64,000 nucleotides of DNA from positions 1,488,001 to 1,552,000 of the forward strand of contig CATNEN010000032.1 in NCBI GenBank assembly GCA_950097015.1. The letters run 5' to 3'. Below, in pieces: positions 18,518-29,490 of the stretch. Each line of letters begins with the position of its first letter. The first letter of the stretch is position 1. The translations under genes were made by a program, and so were the position numbers. Source of the DNA: Macrostomum hystrix. Its lineage: Eukaryota; Animalia; Platyhelminthes. Below the pieces are notes generated by a model. That model was not told where the DNA came from and ran no database searches. It saw nothing but the letters and a program-made list of their open reading frames with translations.

Positions 18518-19893
18518 TCAGATGTCGCACAAGCAGGACTCGCTTCCGCTGACTCCTCGGGCTCCGCCGTCCCCAGCGGTGAGTCGGCGCCGCTCCTTCA
18601 GGCCGATGCAAACCGCCTCCCTGCGCCGGTCGGTGCCGTCGAGAAATCTATTGGTGGCGTTCCTGCCGCCGCTGCTCCAGCGACAGCCGCCCCGTCCGCC
18701 GGCGCCCCGGCCTCGGCCAACGCGGGGTCCTCCCCCGCGGAACCAGCCGAGCAGAGCCGCTCGAGCGGTGCGCCGGAAGCTGCGGCTGAGGCAGGCGAAG
18801 ATGATAAAGTTGCTGCCGCTGTCGAATGAGACCAGGATGTCGTTCAGGCAGTAGAACCAGTCCACCTTGGAGCCCGGCGCCGGCCAGCCGCAGAGGATGG
18901 CGACGGCCCCCGGCGACTCGAACAGATAGAATGTAACTGCTAGGCTGAGAACAATGGCCGTTGCTATGCGGGAGTTGCGCGAGTTCAGCTGCTGCTGCTG
19001 CTGCTGTTGTAGATAAATCCGGTATTGTGAGCCTTGTTGGTGTGCCGGCGACAGCAGGGTCCTGTAAAGCGAAATGATTCTATACTATTACTGACTGCCG
19101 TATGCCTGTAGTTGATTAGCTCAGCCCGAGTGCTCACCTGGTCCGGCTGGAGCCCGCAATCGCGGCGGGCCGCTTCACCCGGCACAGGTGGCAGGACATG
19201 ACCAGGGAGCTGGCCAGTACGACAGGTACCGGCAGGTAGGCTTGCAAGGCTCGACTGAAGCGCAGCAGGGTCTGCTGGTCCAGGCTGGCCGTGCGTTCCA
19301 ATAGGAACAGCGATCCGATCAGCAGGGACACCGTCAGAACCAGGCCGAAGACCAGCAGCTGCAGGCGCTTCGTCAGTCGGCTTCGCATGGCGATGGGGCA
19401 CAGAGTGGCCAGTGTGCGGAACAGGGCCACGCACATTGTCCACAGGTTGCGCATCAGAAGGGCCGAGGTGTTCACGGCGTAGATTGCCTGCGGAGTTTTC
19501 GGTGTGGCATCGAACCTCCCAGATCCTAGGACTGTATAAAAAAGTTCAGATTCAGATCCTCATAGACAAAGTTGTCCGGGAGGTTCTCACCGTGAAGACC
19601 TCCAGAAAAGTGTCATTATCGTAGCTTCCCGTGCGCTGAGCAGCCAGGTCGCAGGAGAAGGTGAGCACGCAGATGGCGCTGTGCATGGCCTGGCAAGACT
19701 CCAGCAGGATCAGGCCGACGTCGAAAGCCTCCCTAGTGGTTCTGTAGCGCTTCACTAAAACTGCCAGCGAGAACGAAGCGGCTAGAAGGCCTAGACAGGA
19801 GACGGCGATGGAGGCAGAGCGAAGGTGGAAGAATGCGGCGCTAAGCGGCTGCGGCGGCGTTTCGGTGGCGTTTTCGGTACCGCTCCTGTCCAT
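18518..19893 (-). CDS. Orphan rhodopsin-class (class A) GPCR, 3 exons, 398 aa
   Basis: complement(join(18518..19061,19138..19487,19591..19893)), phases 0 and 2 consistent. Several hydrophobic helices; TM3-like NLWTMCVALFRTLA, TM6-like RIATAIVLSLAVTFYLFESP, TM7/helix-8-like DSGSNFIIFACLSRSFRR. Confidence 0.8.
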
Positions 19894-20039
19894 GCTGGCA
19901 GACAGTCCGAGTGAGAATTGTCGCGAGCTGAGTTACCGGTGCTGACGCATCTGATGTCCCAATGCTTATTAGGGTGATTTGCCAGTACGATGCAGTCCGA
20001 TTCGACGACTCTTATTGGCTAGCTGCTGACTACATGCTG

Positions 20040-21055
20040 GATGCCCTGCTCCTCCCATCTGGCCTCATCATCTCTTGCCATCTCCCCTCATTCTCCTCCA
20101 TGCCATCTCCCCTCATTCTCCTCCATGCCATCTCCCCTCATTCTCGTCAATGCCATCTCCCCTCATTCTCCTCCATGCCATCTCCCCTCATTCTCCTCAA
20201 TGCCATCTCCCCTCATTCTCCTCCATGCCATCTCCCCTGATTCTCCTTCCTTGTCATCTCCCCTCATTCTCCTCCATGCCATCTCCCCTGATTCTCCTTC
20301 TTTGTCATCTCCCCTCATTCTCCTCCATACCATCTCCCCTCATTCTCCTCCATACCATCTCCCCTCATTCTCCTCAATGCCATCTCCCCTCATTCTCCTC
20401 AATGCCATCTCCCCTCATTCTCCTCCATGCCATCTCCCCTCATTCTCCTCAATGCCATCTCCCCTCATTCTCCTCAATGCCATCTCCCCTCATTCTCCTC
20501 CATGCCATCTCCCCTCATTCTCCTCAATGCCATCTCCCCTCATTCTCCTCAATGCCATCTCCCCTCATTCTCCTCAATGCCATCTCCCCTCATTCTCCTC
20601 CATGCCATCTCCCCTGATTCTCCTTCTTTGTCATCTCCCCTCATTCTCCTCCATACCATCTCCCCTCATTCTCCTCAATGCCATCTCCCCTCATTCTCCT
20701 CAATGCCATCTCCCCTCATTCTCCTCAATGCCATCTCCCCTCATTCTCCTCAATGCCATCTCCCCTCATTCTCCTCAATGCCATCTCCCCTCATTCTCCT
20801 CCATGCCATCTCCCCTCATTCTCCTTCTTTGTCATCTCCCCTCATTCTCCTCCATACCATCTCCCCTCATTCTCCTCAATGCCATCTCCCCTCATTCTCC
20901 TCAATGCCATCTCCCCTCATTCTCCTCAATGCCATCTCCCCTCATTCTCCTCAATGCCATCTCCCCTCATTCTCCTCAATGCCATCTCCCCTCATTCTCC
21001 TCCATGCCATCTCCCCTCATTCTCCTCCATGCCATCTCCCCTCATTCTCCCCAGT
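20040..21055. repeat. 25-bp minisatellite (ccatctcccctcattctcctc(a/c)atg)
   Basis: ~40 copies between the divergent GPCR and calpain starts. Confidence 0.95.
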
Positions 21056-21295
21056 ATTCTATCCTCTCTAATGCTCTACGTCCGCAGTTTCCACATTTAG
21101 CTTTTTCTAACAGATTGACAAGATTCAATGCCTTATATTTTTATAGTCTATGGTAAATGTTGGTTTTAGCTTTTGCGTGCCATGAGCATCGGCACAATTA
21201 ACTTGGCCTAGCACTAAATGCTGCAGTTAAATATATATCAGTAAAGATAAATTTGCTACAGCGGCAGTTGCGGCAGCGGCATCTGCACCATCAGC

Positions 21296-24200
21296 ATGCC
21301 GACCATCCGGACTCCATTTCGAGGTGCTCGGAATTTCAATGGAGCCACACAGAATTTCGTGCCTAGAGACGTGCTGCCGTTTCGCGAGCAGCGATACAAC
21401 GAGCTGTTGAAGGATCTGGTGCAACAGCAGAAGCACGAAGTGCGGCAGAAGGATCCCACGCCGATTCGATTCCTCGATCCCTACTTTCCCAACGAACTCT
21501 ACGACAAAGAGTTTATGTGGGTTGCGCTGCGCGACCTGAATCCCAACGGCCTGTTCTATTCCAAACGGCGAGAGCATCTGGGGTGCAACCTGCACAAACT
21601 GCTGCCCGGCAGTTTCGGTCTCAATTGGTTCTACGTGGCTCTGGGCCAGGTGGCCGAGAGGAATGAGCTGCTGGGCTGGACTATGCCGGATGCCGCCAAG
21701 CAGTCCGCGTGCAAGTTCGGCATCTACCGGTTTCGATTCTGGCACGCCGGAGTGCTCAGGGAGGTGAGTGCTCAGGGAGGTGAGTGCTCAGGGAGGTGAG
21801 TGCTCAGGGAGGTGAGTGCTCAGGGAGGTGAGTGCTCAGGGAGGTGAGTGCTCAGGGAGGTGAGTGCTCAGGGAGGTGAGTGCTCAGGGAGGTGACTGCT
21901 CAGGGAGGTGAGTGCTCAGGGAGGTGAGTGCTCAGGGAGGTGAGTGCTCAGGGAGGTGAGTGCTCAGGGAGGTGAGTGCTCAGGGAGGTGAGTGCTCAGG
22001 GAGGTGAGTGCTCAGGGAGGTGACTGCTCAGGGAGGTGAGTGCTCAGGGAGGTGAGTGCTCAGGGAGGTGAGTGCTCAGGGAGGTGACTGCTCAGGGAGG
22101 TGAGTGCTCAGGGAGGTGAGTGCTCAGGTTTTGAGTGCTCAGGTTTTCAGTGCTCAGGTTTTCAGTGCTCAGGTTTTCAGTGCTCAGGTTTTCAGTGCTC
22201 AGGTTTTCAGTGCTCAGGTTTTCAGTGCTCAGGTTTTCAGTGCTCAGGTTTTGAGTGCTCAGGTTTTCAGTGCTCAGGTTTTCAGTGCTCAGGTTTTCAG
22301 TGCTCAGGTTTTCAGTGCTCAGGTTTTCAGTGCTCAGGTTTTCAGTGCTCAGGTTTTGAGTGCTCAGGTTTTCAGTGCTCAGGTTTTGAGTGCTCAGGTT
22401 TTGAGTGCTCAGGTTTTCAGTGCTCAGGTTTTCAGTGCTCAGGTTTTGAGTGCTCAGGTTTTCAGTGCTCAGGTTTTGAGTGCTCAGGTTTTCAGTGCTC
22501 ATTTCGTTGCTTGGCATTGCAGAAATTTTTCAAATCGAGCCAATGGAATCCAAAAGTCCAGCACCAATTGTGGTTTTGTAAAGCTTGTTGAATTGTTGTG
22601 TTTTTATGAATGAATCTTTTATAAGCTAGCTTAGTCCCAAATGCACCTGGGTAAAAACTACCAAAACAATCAGGCAAAAAAGATAGATTTACTTCTCCCA
22701 TCCCCTAGGGATTTTTGGGTTTAGACTTAACGAGCAAAATAACAAGGCGACTTCAATCACTGTAGTCAACAAGTCCGTTTCTAAAGGTTTCTAGTTGAGA
22801 CAACTGGGTTAGTGATCCAATCCGCACTGGCCGCAGTTCACCCAGGTTCGCTTTCCCTTTTTGGGATCTAAATCCCGCAGTTGCAGATTTTTGCCGGACA
22901 GGAAATGAAAAACTAAGGAAACTCCGAGCTCGAGATTCGATGGCTGACAGTATTTCGATATTGATTCCGGGCGCAAAATTTCTGAACATTCCAATTAGAT
23001 GTGTTTCCTGGAAATCAGTATAGAGAATGGTTTCCCAGACCACAGGACAAAACTTGCGGGATTTCAGAAAACAAATAGGAAATTTATGCTTAGGGCTTTT
23101 GTGATGCAGATTCTTTTAAAGGAAATAAAATTTATTAAGTATCCGTTTTCTTGGGAAAGACGAGTGCCCTCTGAGTACCCATTTGAGTCCCAAACCCGCC
23201 TCCCCCTGTCACATCATAAGCTCCAAAGCCACCCAGTCCCTATATTCGACCCTTAGTCCCTCTGTGAGTCCCAAATCCGCCCCCAGTCCCACTGTGAGTC
23301 CCAAATCCACCCTCAGTCCCACTGTGAGTCCCAAATCCATCCCCAGTCCCACTGTGAGTCCCAAATCCATCCCCAGTCCCACTGTGAGTCCCAAATCCAT
23401 CCCCAGTCCCACTTTGAGTCCCGAATCCATCCCCAGTCCCACTGTGAGTCCCAAATCCATCCCCAGTCCCACTTTGAGTCCCAAATCCATCCCCAGTCCC
23501 ACTGTGAGTCCCAAATCCATCCCCAGTCCCACTGTGAGTCCCAAATCCATCCCCAGTCCCACTGTGAGTCCCAAATCCATCCCCAGTCCCACTGTGAGTC
23601 CCAAATCCATCCCCAGTCCCACTGTGAGTCCCAAATCCAATCCCCGCAGGTTGTGGTTGACGACCTCCTGCCCTTCAACCAGTCTGGGGCTCCAGTGTTT
23701 GTGCAGTCGGCCTATGACCCGAACGAGTACTGGCCTGGCCTACTAGAGAAGGCCTACGCCAAGATGCACGGCTCCTACCACTTCCTGTTAGACGGCCACC
23801 CGGAACAGGCGTTCGCCGACCTGACAGGCGGCTTCCCCCAGGCTGTGAGGCTCAACCTGGCCACAATGCTTAGCCCGTACATTCTGTGCCGCGAGCTCAA
23901 GCACTGGCTGCAACACGGCTCTCTGGTAACGTCGGCTGTGAAATTTCGTGACCGGCCAGGCGAATTGTTGGACACGGACCTCGTGACTGGCCTGCCTTAC
24001 ACACTCCTGGAGCAGAGGAACATTCGAGGCCGTCCCATGGTCAAGCTGCGCTCCCCAGTCGGCGGCCGAACCTTCATTCACGCAGAGCCGGGGCCCCAGC
24101 TCAAAAACTGCTGCGGCTGCTGCCTCTGCGGCGGAGCTGACGACGACAAAGTTCTGTGAGTTCAGCAGCTTGGCTGAAGCTGGAAGGGTGGGATGAAGAT

Positions 24201-27200
24201 AGGATGGGAACTGGAGGGTGGGATGAAGAGGGGATGGGGGCCGGGAGGGTGGGATGAAGAGGGGATGGGGGCTGGGAGGGTGGGATGAAGAGGGGATGGG
24301 GGCTGGGAGGGTGGGGTGAAGAGGGGATCGGAACTGGGAGGGTGGGGTGAAGAGGGGATCGGAACTGGGAGGGTGGGGTGAAGAGGGGATCGGAACTGGG
24401 AGGGTGGGATGAAGAGGGGATTGGAACTGGGAGGGTGGGATGAAGAGGGGATGGGGACTGGGAGGGTGGGATGAAGAGGGGATTGGAACTGGGAGGGTGG
24501 GATGAAGAGGGGATGGGGACTGGGAGGGTGGGATGAAGAGGGGATGGGGACTGGGAGGGTGGGATGAAGGTGGATGGGGACTGGAGGGTGGGATGAAGGG
24601 GGATTGGAACTGGGAGGGTGGAATGAAGAGGATGGGGACTGGAGGGTAGGATATTGGGGGATTGCAACGGAGAGGGTAGGATTATGGGGAGATGAAGCTG
24701 TGACTGTAGGATTTATGGAGTGGGAATCCGAGGGTGGGATTTATTGGGATGTGAACTGGAAGGGTGGGATTTAGTGGGATTTGCAACAGAGAGGATATAG
24801 GAGGGTTGTTAGACAGAAAATGTCTAAAGTAAATTAAGGGTAAGAGGAGTTATTTTTGTTCTAAATTTTCCTGATAGGCATCGAACTGATTCAATATCCC
24901 TTGAAAGTAATTACCACCCCTAACCCTGATTAGGTGCTTTGACGTGAAATTTATTTTCCTTTTATATCTCTTTTCAGTCACTAATCCCCGCAGTATTAGG
25001 CAATGACCAGTCGGTTTGCGAGGCTAAATTGACACGCCTTTGTCCCATCAGCCGCTCAAATTTCCAAATTATTTTTCGAGCTAATAAAGACTGGCTTAAA
25101 GATGCTCAGACATGTCCGTTCAAGCTACTTAGCTAGTGAGTAGCTGAAGCGAATATTACTTCTCGAAAGCAGACCTTTTTGAACCGAGTCCTCCCTCCCA
25201 TCCGCTATGAAACATTCGCAGCGCGGCAGGAGACAAGTTTGCCCACCTCCGAGTGTCCACATTTTGGATGCGCTATGACGAGTTCTTGCAGAACTTTCAC
25301 TACCTGATCGCAGTGCACCTGGTGCAGCAGCTGTCCAAGTCGCGGCCATTTGCTTGGCGCTATGTTCAGCTGCCCTACCCGTTCACGCACAAGGACTTCA
25401 CGGTGGAGAGCGAGATGAAGCTCAATCACGTGACTGGCGTTTTTGTGCAAGAGTGCAACGGCTGGTCAGACTGGGAGCGCCTGCCCTGCCAGATGCAGTT
25501 TGGAGTTTCCTTGGATCGGAACGAGAACAAGCTGCTTGTGCACCTGGTGCAGGAGTCCCTGCCGCTCAAACCGCCAGGCGATCTGTGCCTACTCATCCTT
25601 CAGGCTGAGCACGGCAGGGCGCATCGGGTGCACGACTTTCGCGGCAACACCTGTCTCATACCCATGTACGACGTGCAGATCTCCCAGTACGGCGGCTGCT
25701 TCAGCTCCGCGCTGGCTAGGGGCACCTACATTGTCATTCCCTACGTGCGGGTTGAAGGCAGTCAGAGCCTGCAGTTCGTGCCGCGCAAGTTCAGCCTGCG
25801 AATTGCCGTCACCGGGAAGAGGCCGATGATGTGGGTGCTGATTATCCCTGGATGGGATCTGAGTGTTGGGGTGGGTACTGATTATCCCTGGATGGGATCT
25901 GAGTGTTGGGGTGGGTACTGATTATCCCTAGATGGGATCTGAGTGTTGGGATTGGAGCTGATTATGCCTGGATGGGATCTGAGTGTTGGGATTGGAGCTG
26001 ATTATGCCTGGATGGGATCTGAGTGTTGGGATTGGAGCTGATTATCCCTGGATGGGATCTGAGTGTTGGGATTGGAGCTGATTATCCCTGGATGGGATCT
26101 GAGGGTTGGGATTGGAGCTGATTATCCCTGGATGGGATCTGAGGGTTGGGATTGGAGCTGATTATCCCTGGATGGGATCTGAGGGTTGGGATTGGAGCTG
26201 ATTATCCCTGGATGGGATCTGAGGGTTGGGATTGGAGCTGATTATGCCTGGATGGGATCTGAGTGTTGGGATTGGAGCTGATTATGCCTGGATGGGATCT
26301 GAGTGTTGGGATTGGAGCTGATTATCCCTGGATGGGATCTGAGTGTTGGGGTGGGTACTGATTATCCCTGGATGGGATCTGAGTGTTGGGGTGGGTAATT
26401 ATCCCTGGATGGGATCTGAGTGTTGGGTGGGTACTGATTATCCCTGGATGGGATCTGAGGGTTGGGATTGGAGCTGATTATCCCTGGATGGGATCTGAGT
26501 GTTGGGTGGGTACTGATTATCCCTGGATGGGATCTGAGTGTTGGGATTGGAGCTGATTATCCCTGGATGGGATCTGAGTGTTGGGATTGGAGCTGATTAT
26601 CCCTGGATGGGATCTGAGTGTTGGGGTTGGAGCTGATTATCCCTGGATGGGATCTGAGTGTTGGGTTTGGAGCTGATTATCCCTGGATGGGATCTGAGTG
26701 TTGGGTTTGGAGCTGATTATCCCTGGATGGGATCTGAGTGTTGGGATTGGAGCTGATTATCCCTGGATGGGATCTGAGTGTTGGGTTTGGAGCTGATTAT
26801 CCCTGGATGGGATCTGAGTGTTGGGGTTGGAGCTGATTATGCCTGGATGGGATCTGAGTGTTGGGGTGGGTACTGATTATCCCTGGATGGGATCTGAGTG
26901 TTGGGGTGGGTACTGATTATCCCTGGATGGGATCTGAGTGTTGGGATTGGAGCTGATTATCCCTGGATGGGATCTGAGTGTTGGGGTGGGTACTGATTAT
27001 CTCTGGATGGGATCTGAGTGTTGGGATTGGAGCTGATTATGCCTGGATGGGATCTGAGTGTTGGGATTGGAGCTGATTATGCCTGGATGGGATCTGAGTG
27101 TTGGGGTGGGTACTGATTATCCTTGGATGGGATCTGAGTGTTGGGGTGGGTACTGATTATCCCTGGATGGGATCTGAGTGTTAGGGTTGGAGCTGATTAT

Positions 27201-27568
27201 GCCTGGATGGGATCTGAGTGTTAGGTGGGTACTGATTATCCCTGGATGGGATCTGAGTTTTGGGGTTGGTGCTGATTATCCCTGGATGGGATCTAGTGTT
27301 AAGGTGGGAACTGATTATCCCTGGATGGGATCTGAGTGTTGGGGTGGGTGCTGGTGAACCCCAGATCGGACCTAGCATTCATGGAAGTTGCACAATTAGC
27401 TAGTGTTGGCAGTAGTTATGAGTACATCACCCCTGACCTCACCGCAGGCCGCTGACGGACCAGACCGAGAGAGCCTGGAGCACCATTTCCAGGCTGACTG
27501 TGTCGGACTTCACCTTCCAGATTCCAGCCAAGAGAGAGCAGCTGCATGAGCTGGAGTTCCTGCAGTGA
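21296..27568 (+). CDS. Calpain-like protein (CysPc + C2-like domain III), predicted catalytically inactive, 4 exons, 567 aa
   Basis: join(21296..21763,23650..24155,25222..25830,27448..27568), phases 0,2,2. Calpain motifs GIYRFRFW, VVVDDLLP, YWPGLLEKAYAKMHGSY, AFADLTGG, FWMRYDEF, GTYIVIP. Confidence 0.9.
21752..22500 (+). repeat. Bipartite array: 16-bp donor-spanning unit (gtgagtgctcagggag, ~22x) then 15-bp unit ((c/g)agtgctcaggtttt, ~25x)
   Basis: Starts at the calpain exon 1 / intron 1 junction; the switch occurs near 22128. Confidence 0.97.
23255..23645. repeat. 30-bp minisatellite (ccccagtcccactgtgagtcccaaatccat) running into the acceptor at 23649
   Basis: ~13 copies; the last unit merges with tccccgcag|. 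Confidence 0.95.
24180..24620. repeat. ~29-bp G-rich minisatellite just after the donor at 24156
   Basis: ggaactgggagggtgggatgaagagggga units. Confidence 0.93.
25831..27350. repeat. 40-bp minisatellite filling calpain intron 3 from the first intronic base
   Basis: gtgggtactgattatccctggatgggatctgagtgttggg, ~38 copies. Confidence 0.97.
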
Positions 27569-27952
27569 CCTCCTCCTTGACCTCCCCTTTGACCTCCCTA
27601 TTTATATGAGTGAACTCTGTATATATATACTGCTTAACTGTTTAACTGATCTGAAATTTGATCTCCCACCGACCATCCATTCTCCTGACATCATTCTCCG
27701 AGCTCCCATTCGAACTAACCTAATTGTCACTATCATCTAGGTCTAAGTGTAAAGCTATATCGGATTTAAAGATGCGCGCGTTAAAAGAAATATTTTAAAA
27801 ATTTAGTCACTTATTTTTTCTTTTTTAAGTTTTCAGTAAGGTAGTTTGCGTGCCTAGTTACTCTCGGCACTGTTAGTAGTATCTATCGTTTTTTCATTGT
27901 GTTATTTACTGAAATTCGAATAATAAAAATAACCTGTTTGGTAGCGTACAGC

Positions 27953-28485
27953 TTATTTTTTCACCTTAATTACATATTTTTGATTAGTATGAACAAGTAG
28001 AAAGACAACGCTATTTTTGGCCCCTGTTGAAACACCACGGCAGTATTTCAAATGCCCACTGCCTACTGGAACCAAGGAATCAAGGAATTGGGGAGTTGCG
28101 AGAGGCAATTCACTCTGCCACTCACCCCCACACACAGACACATTGTTGTCTATGGCACGTGCAGTAATAACATTATTGCACGGATAAATTTTAACTTTCA
28201 AACTTCCTGCCACGGTCTTCAAAGTCACCAAAGCGTCGATGAAGTAGTCATTCAGCCGTTCTAATGAGCTCCTCTCGTCATACAGGAACTGGCAACGCAA
28301 CATTCCTTATCCAACTCGTCAACCGACTGATCAAATCCTCGAGACAAAAGTACTTCAGCAGCTTTCTTAGCGTCGAAATCATCCATGTACTTCTCGATCT
28401 CGGCGCCAGTAATTCCGCTTATCATTCCACCAGGTAACGCATCGCAATGAAGAAGCCAGGTCGTAGTCATTTCAAAGCTCGTCAT
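27953..28485 (-). pseudogene. Unknown ORF (~180 aa) split by one frameshift, adjacent to the Crypton locus
   Basis: ORFs 28261-28485 and 27953-28303 overlap and join near 28303 (...DELDK / MLRCQFLYDERSSLERL...). No family recognised. Confidence 0.4.
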
Positions 28486-28770
28486 TCAACTGAGAAGACC
28501 TTTCTCCTTTCCTTAGCTCACTATCTATATAGCACTGTTAGAACATTGATGTAAAGAATGTTCTAGAATGACCGAGCTGCGCGCCCTCGGTCACAGACAT
28601 CGATGCCCAAATAGCTGGTCTTCTTTGGCATTGTACGAGTATTATGTCCGAAAGCGTGCTTCTAAAAATAATCACGTTAGCGGTCACCTATCAGAACGAA
28701 CGAATCAAATAAATGTATAATCTTTCCCACTTATTTCGGCTGCCAGGGTGTAAAGGCTCGAGGCGCAAAT

Positions 28771-29139
28771 TTATTGACCGAGGCGAAGCCGAGTCCAGTC
28801 CTTGCGATGCACGTTGCGCATTTGGTATTGTAGCATTGAGAAGAAGTCCTTCAGGGTACCAGCCGAGTACCGTTCGTTCCGTTTTGTCCGGACCTCCAGG
28901 ATAAACAACTTCAGGAGAAAGTTCAGGTCCGTCTTGTCAAACTCATCCATGTCCTTGATAACCATGATGGATGGTCCACCATTCGTCGCCCATTCTTGCT
29001 TCTTAAACGCGTGCCATTCATTGAAAGTAGACAGCATCCACTCGCATTTCTTTACGGTGTTCGGAGGGACCGTGCCGCCAATCATGGCCTCCGCCTCGGC
29101 CTCAGTCAAGCTTTCAAATCGAGGGCTAGACATATACAA
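28771..29139 (-). CDS. Crypton-type core-binding (SAM-like) domain-only ORF, 122 aa
   Basis: VPPNTVKKCEWMLSTFNEW...DLNFLLKLFILEVRTKRNERYSAGTLKDFFSMLQY matches the N-terminal half of DUF3504/Crypton recombinases. It ends in a hairpin; no catalytic domain. Confidence 0.7.
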   Translation of the reverse strand: MYMSSPRFESLTEAEAEAMIGGTVPPNTVKKCEWMLSTFNEWHAFKKQEWATNGGPSIMVIKDMDEFDKTDLNFLLKLFILEVRTKRNERYSAGTLKDFFSMLQYQMRNVHRKDWTRLRLGQ

Positions 29140-29490
29140 GCGTCTGCTATTCTGTCCTGTTCTGTCTTTTTCGCATAAAGGCTGTCTTTTTTAGCGTCTA
29201 CCCTGCTCTCGGATTTTGATTTTCACCATAGACTACAGACAGAGCGTAGCAAGAAACAGAAGACTTAAAGTGCAATGAAAGTCGGCAGTCACTTATACCA
29301 TACATAAGTGATGGTATAAGGTCACTAATTCGAAATTTGATTGATGACCGCTAAGGCTATCTATGGGCGAAGTTTTCTTGTCCAGATTAGTTGGAAGAAA
29401 GTGACAGAAAACTGGGACACTGAGAATAGATTAAGCTGTGATAATCGTTGTCCTGGCATGTCTTGTCCATACCCATTAGGGCTGATTCAC

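Noticed and set aside
20041-21156. Pro/Ser-rich 371-aa ORF and neighbours
   Set aside because: Translations of the 25-bp minisatellite cycling through frames.
21764-23649. Intron gain by tandem duplication of an AG|GT proto-splice site
   Set aside because: The donor and acceptor ends carry unrelated repeats; this fits expansion within an existing intron better.
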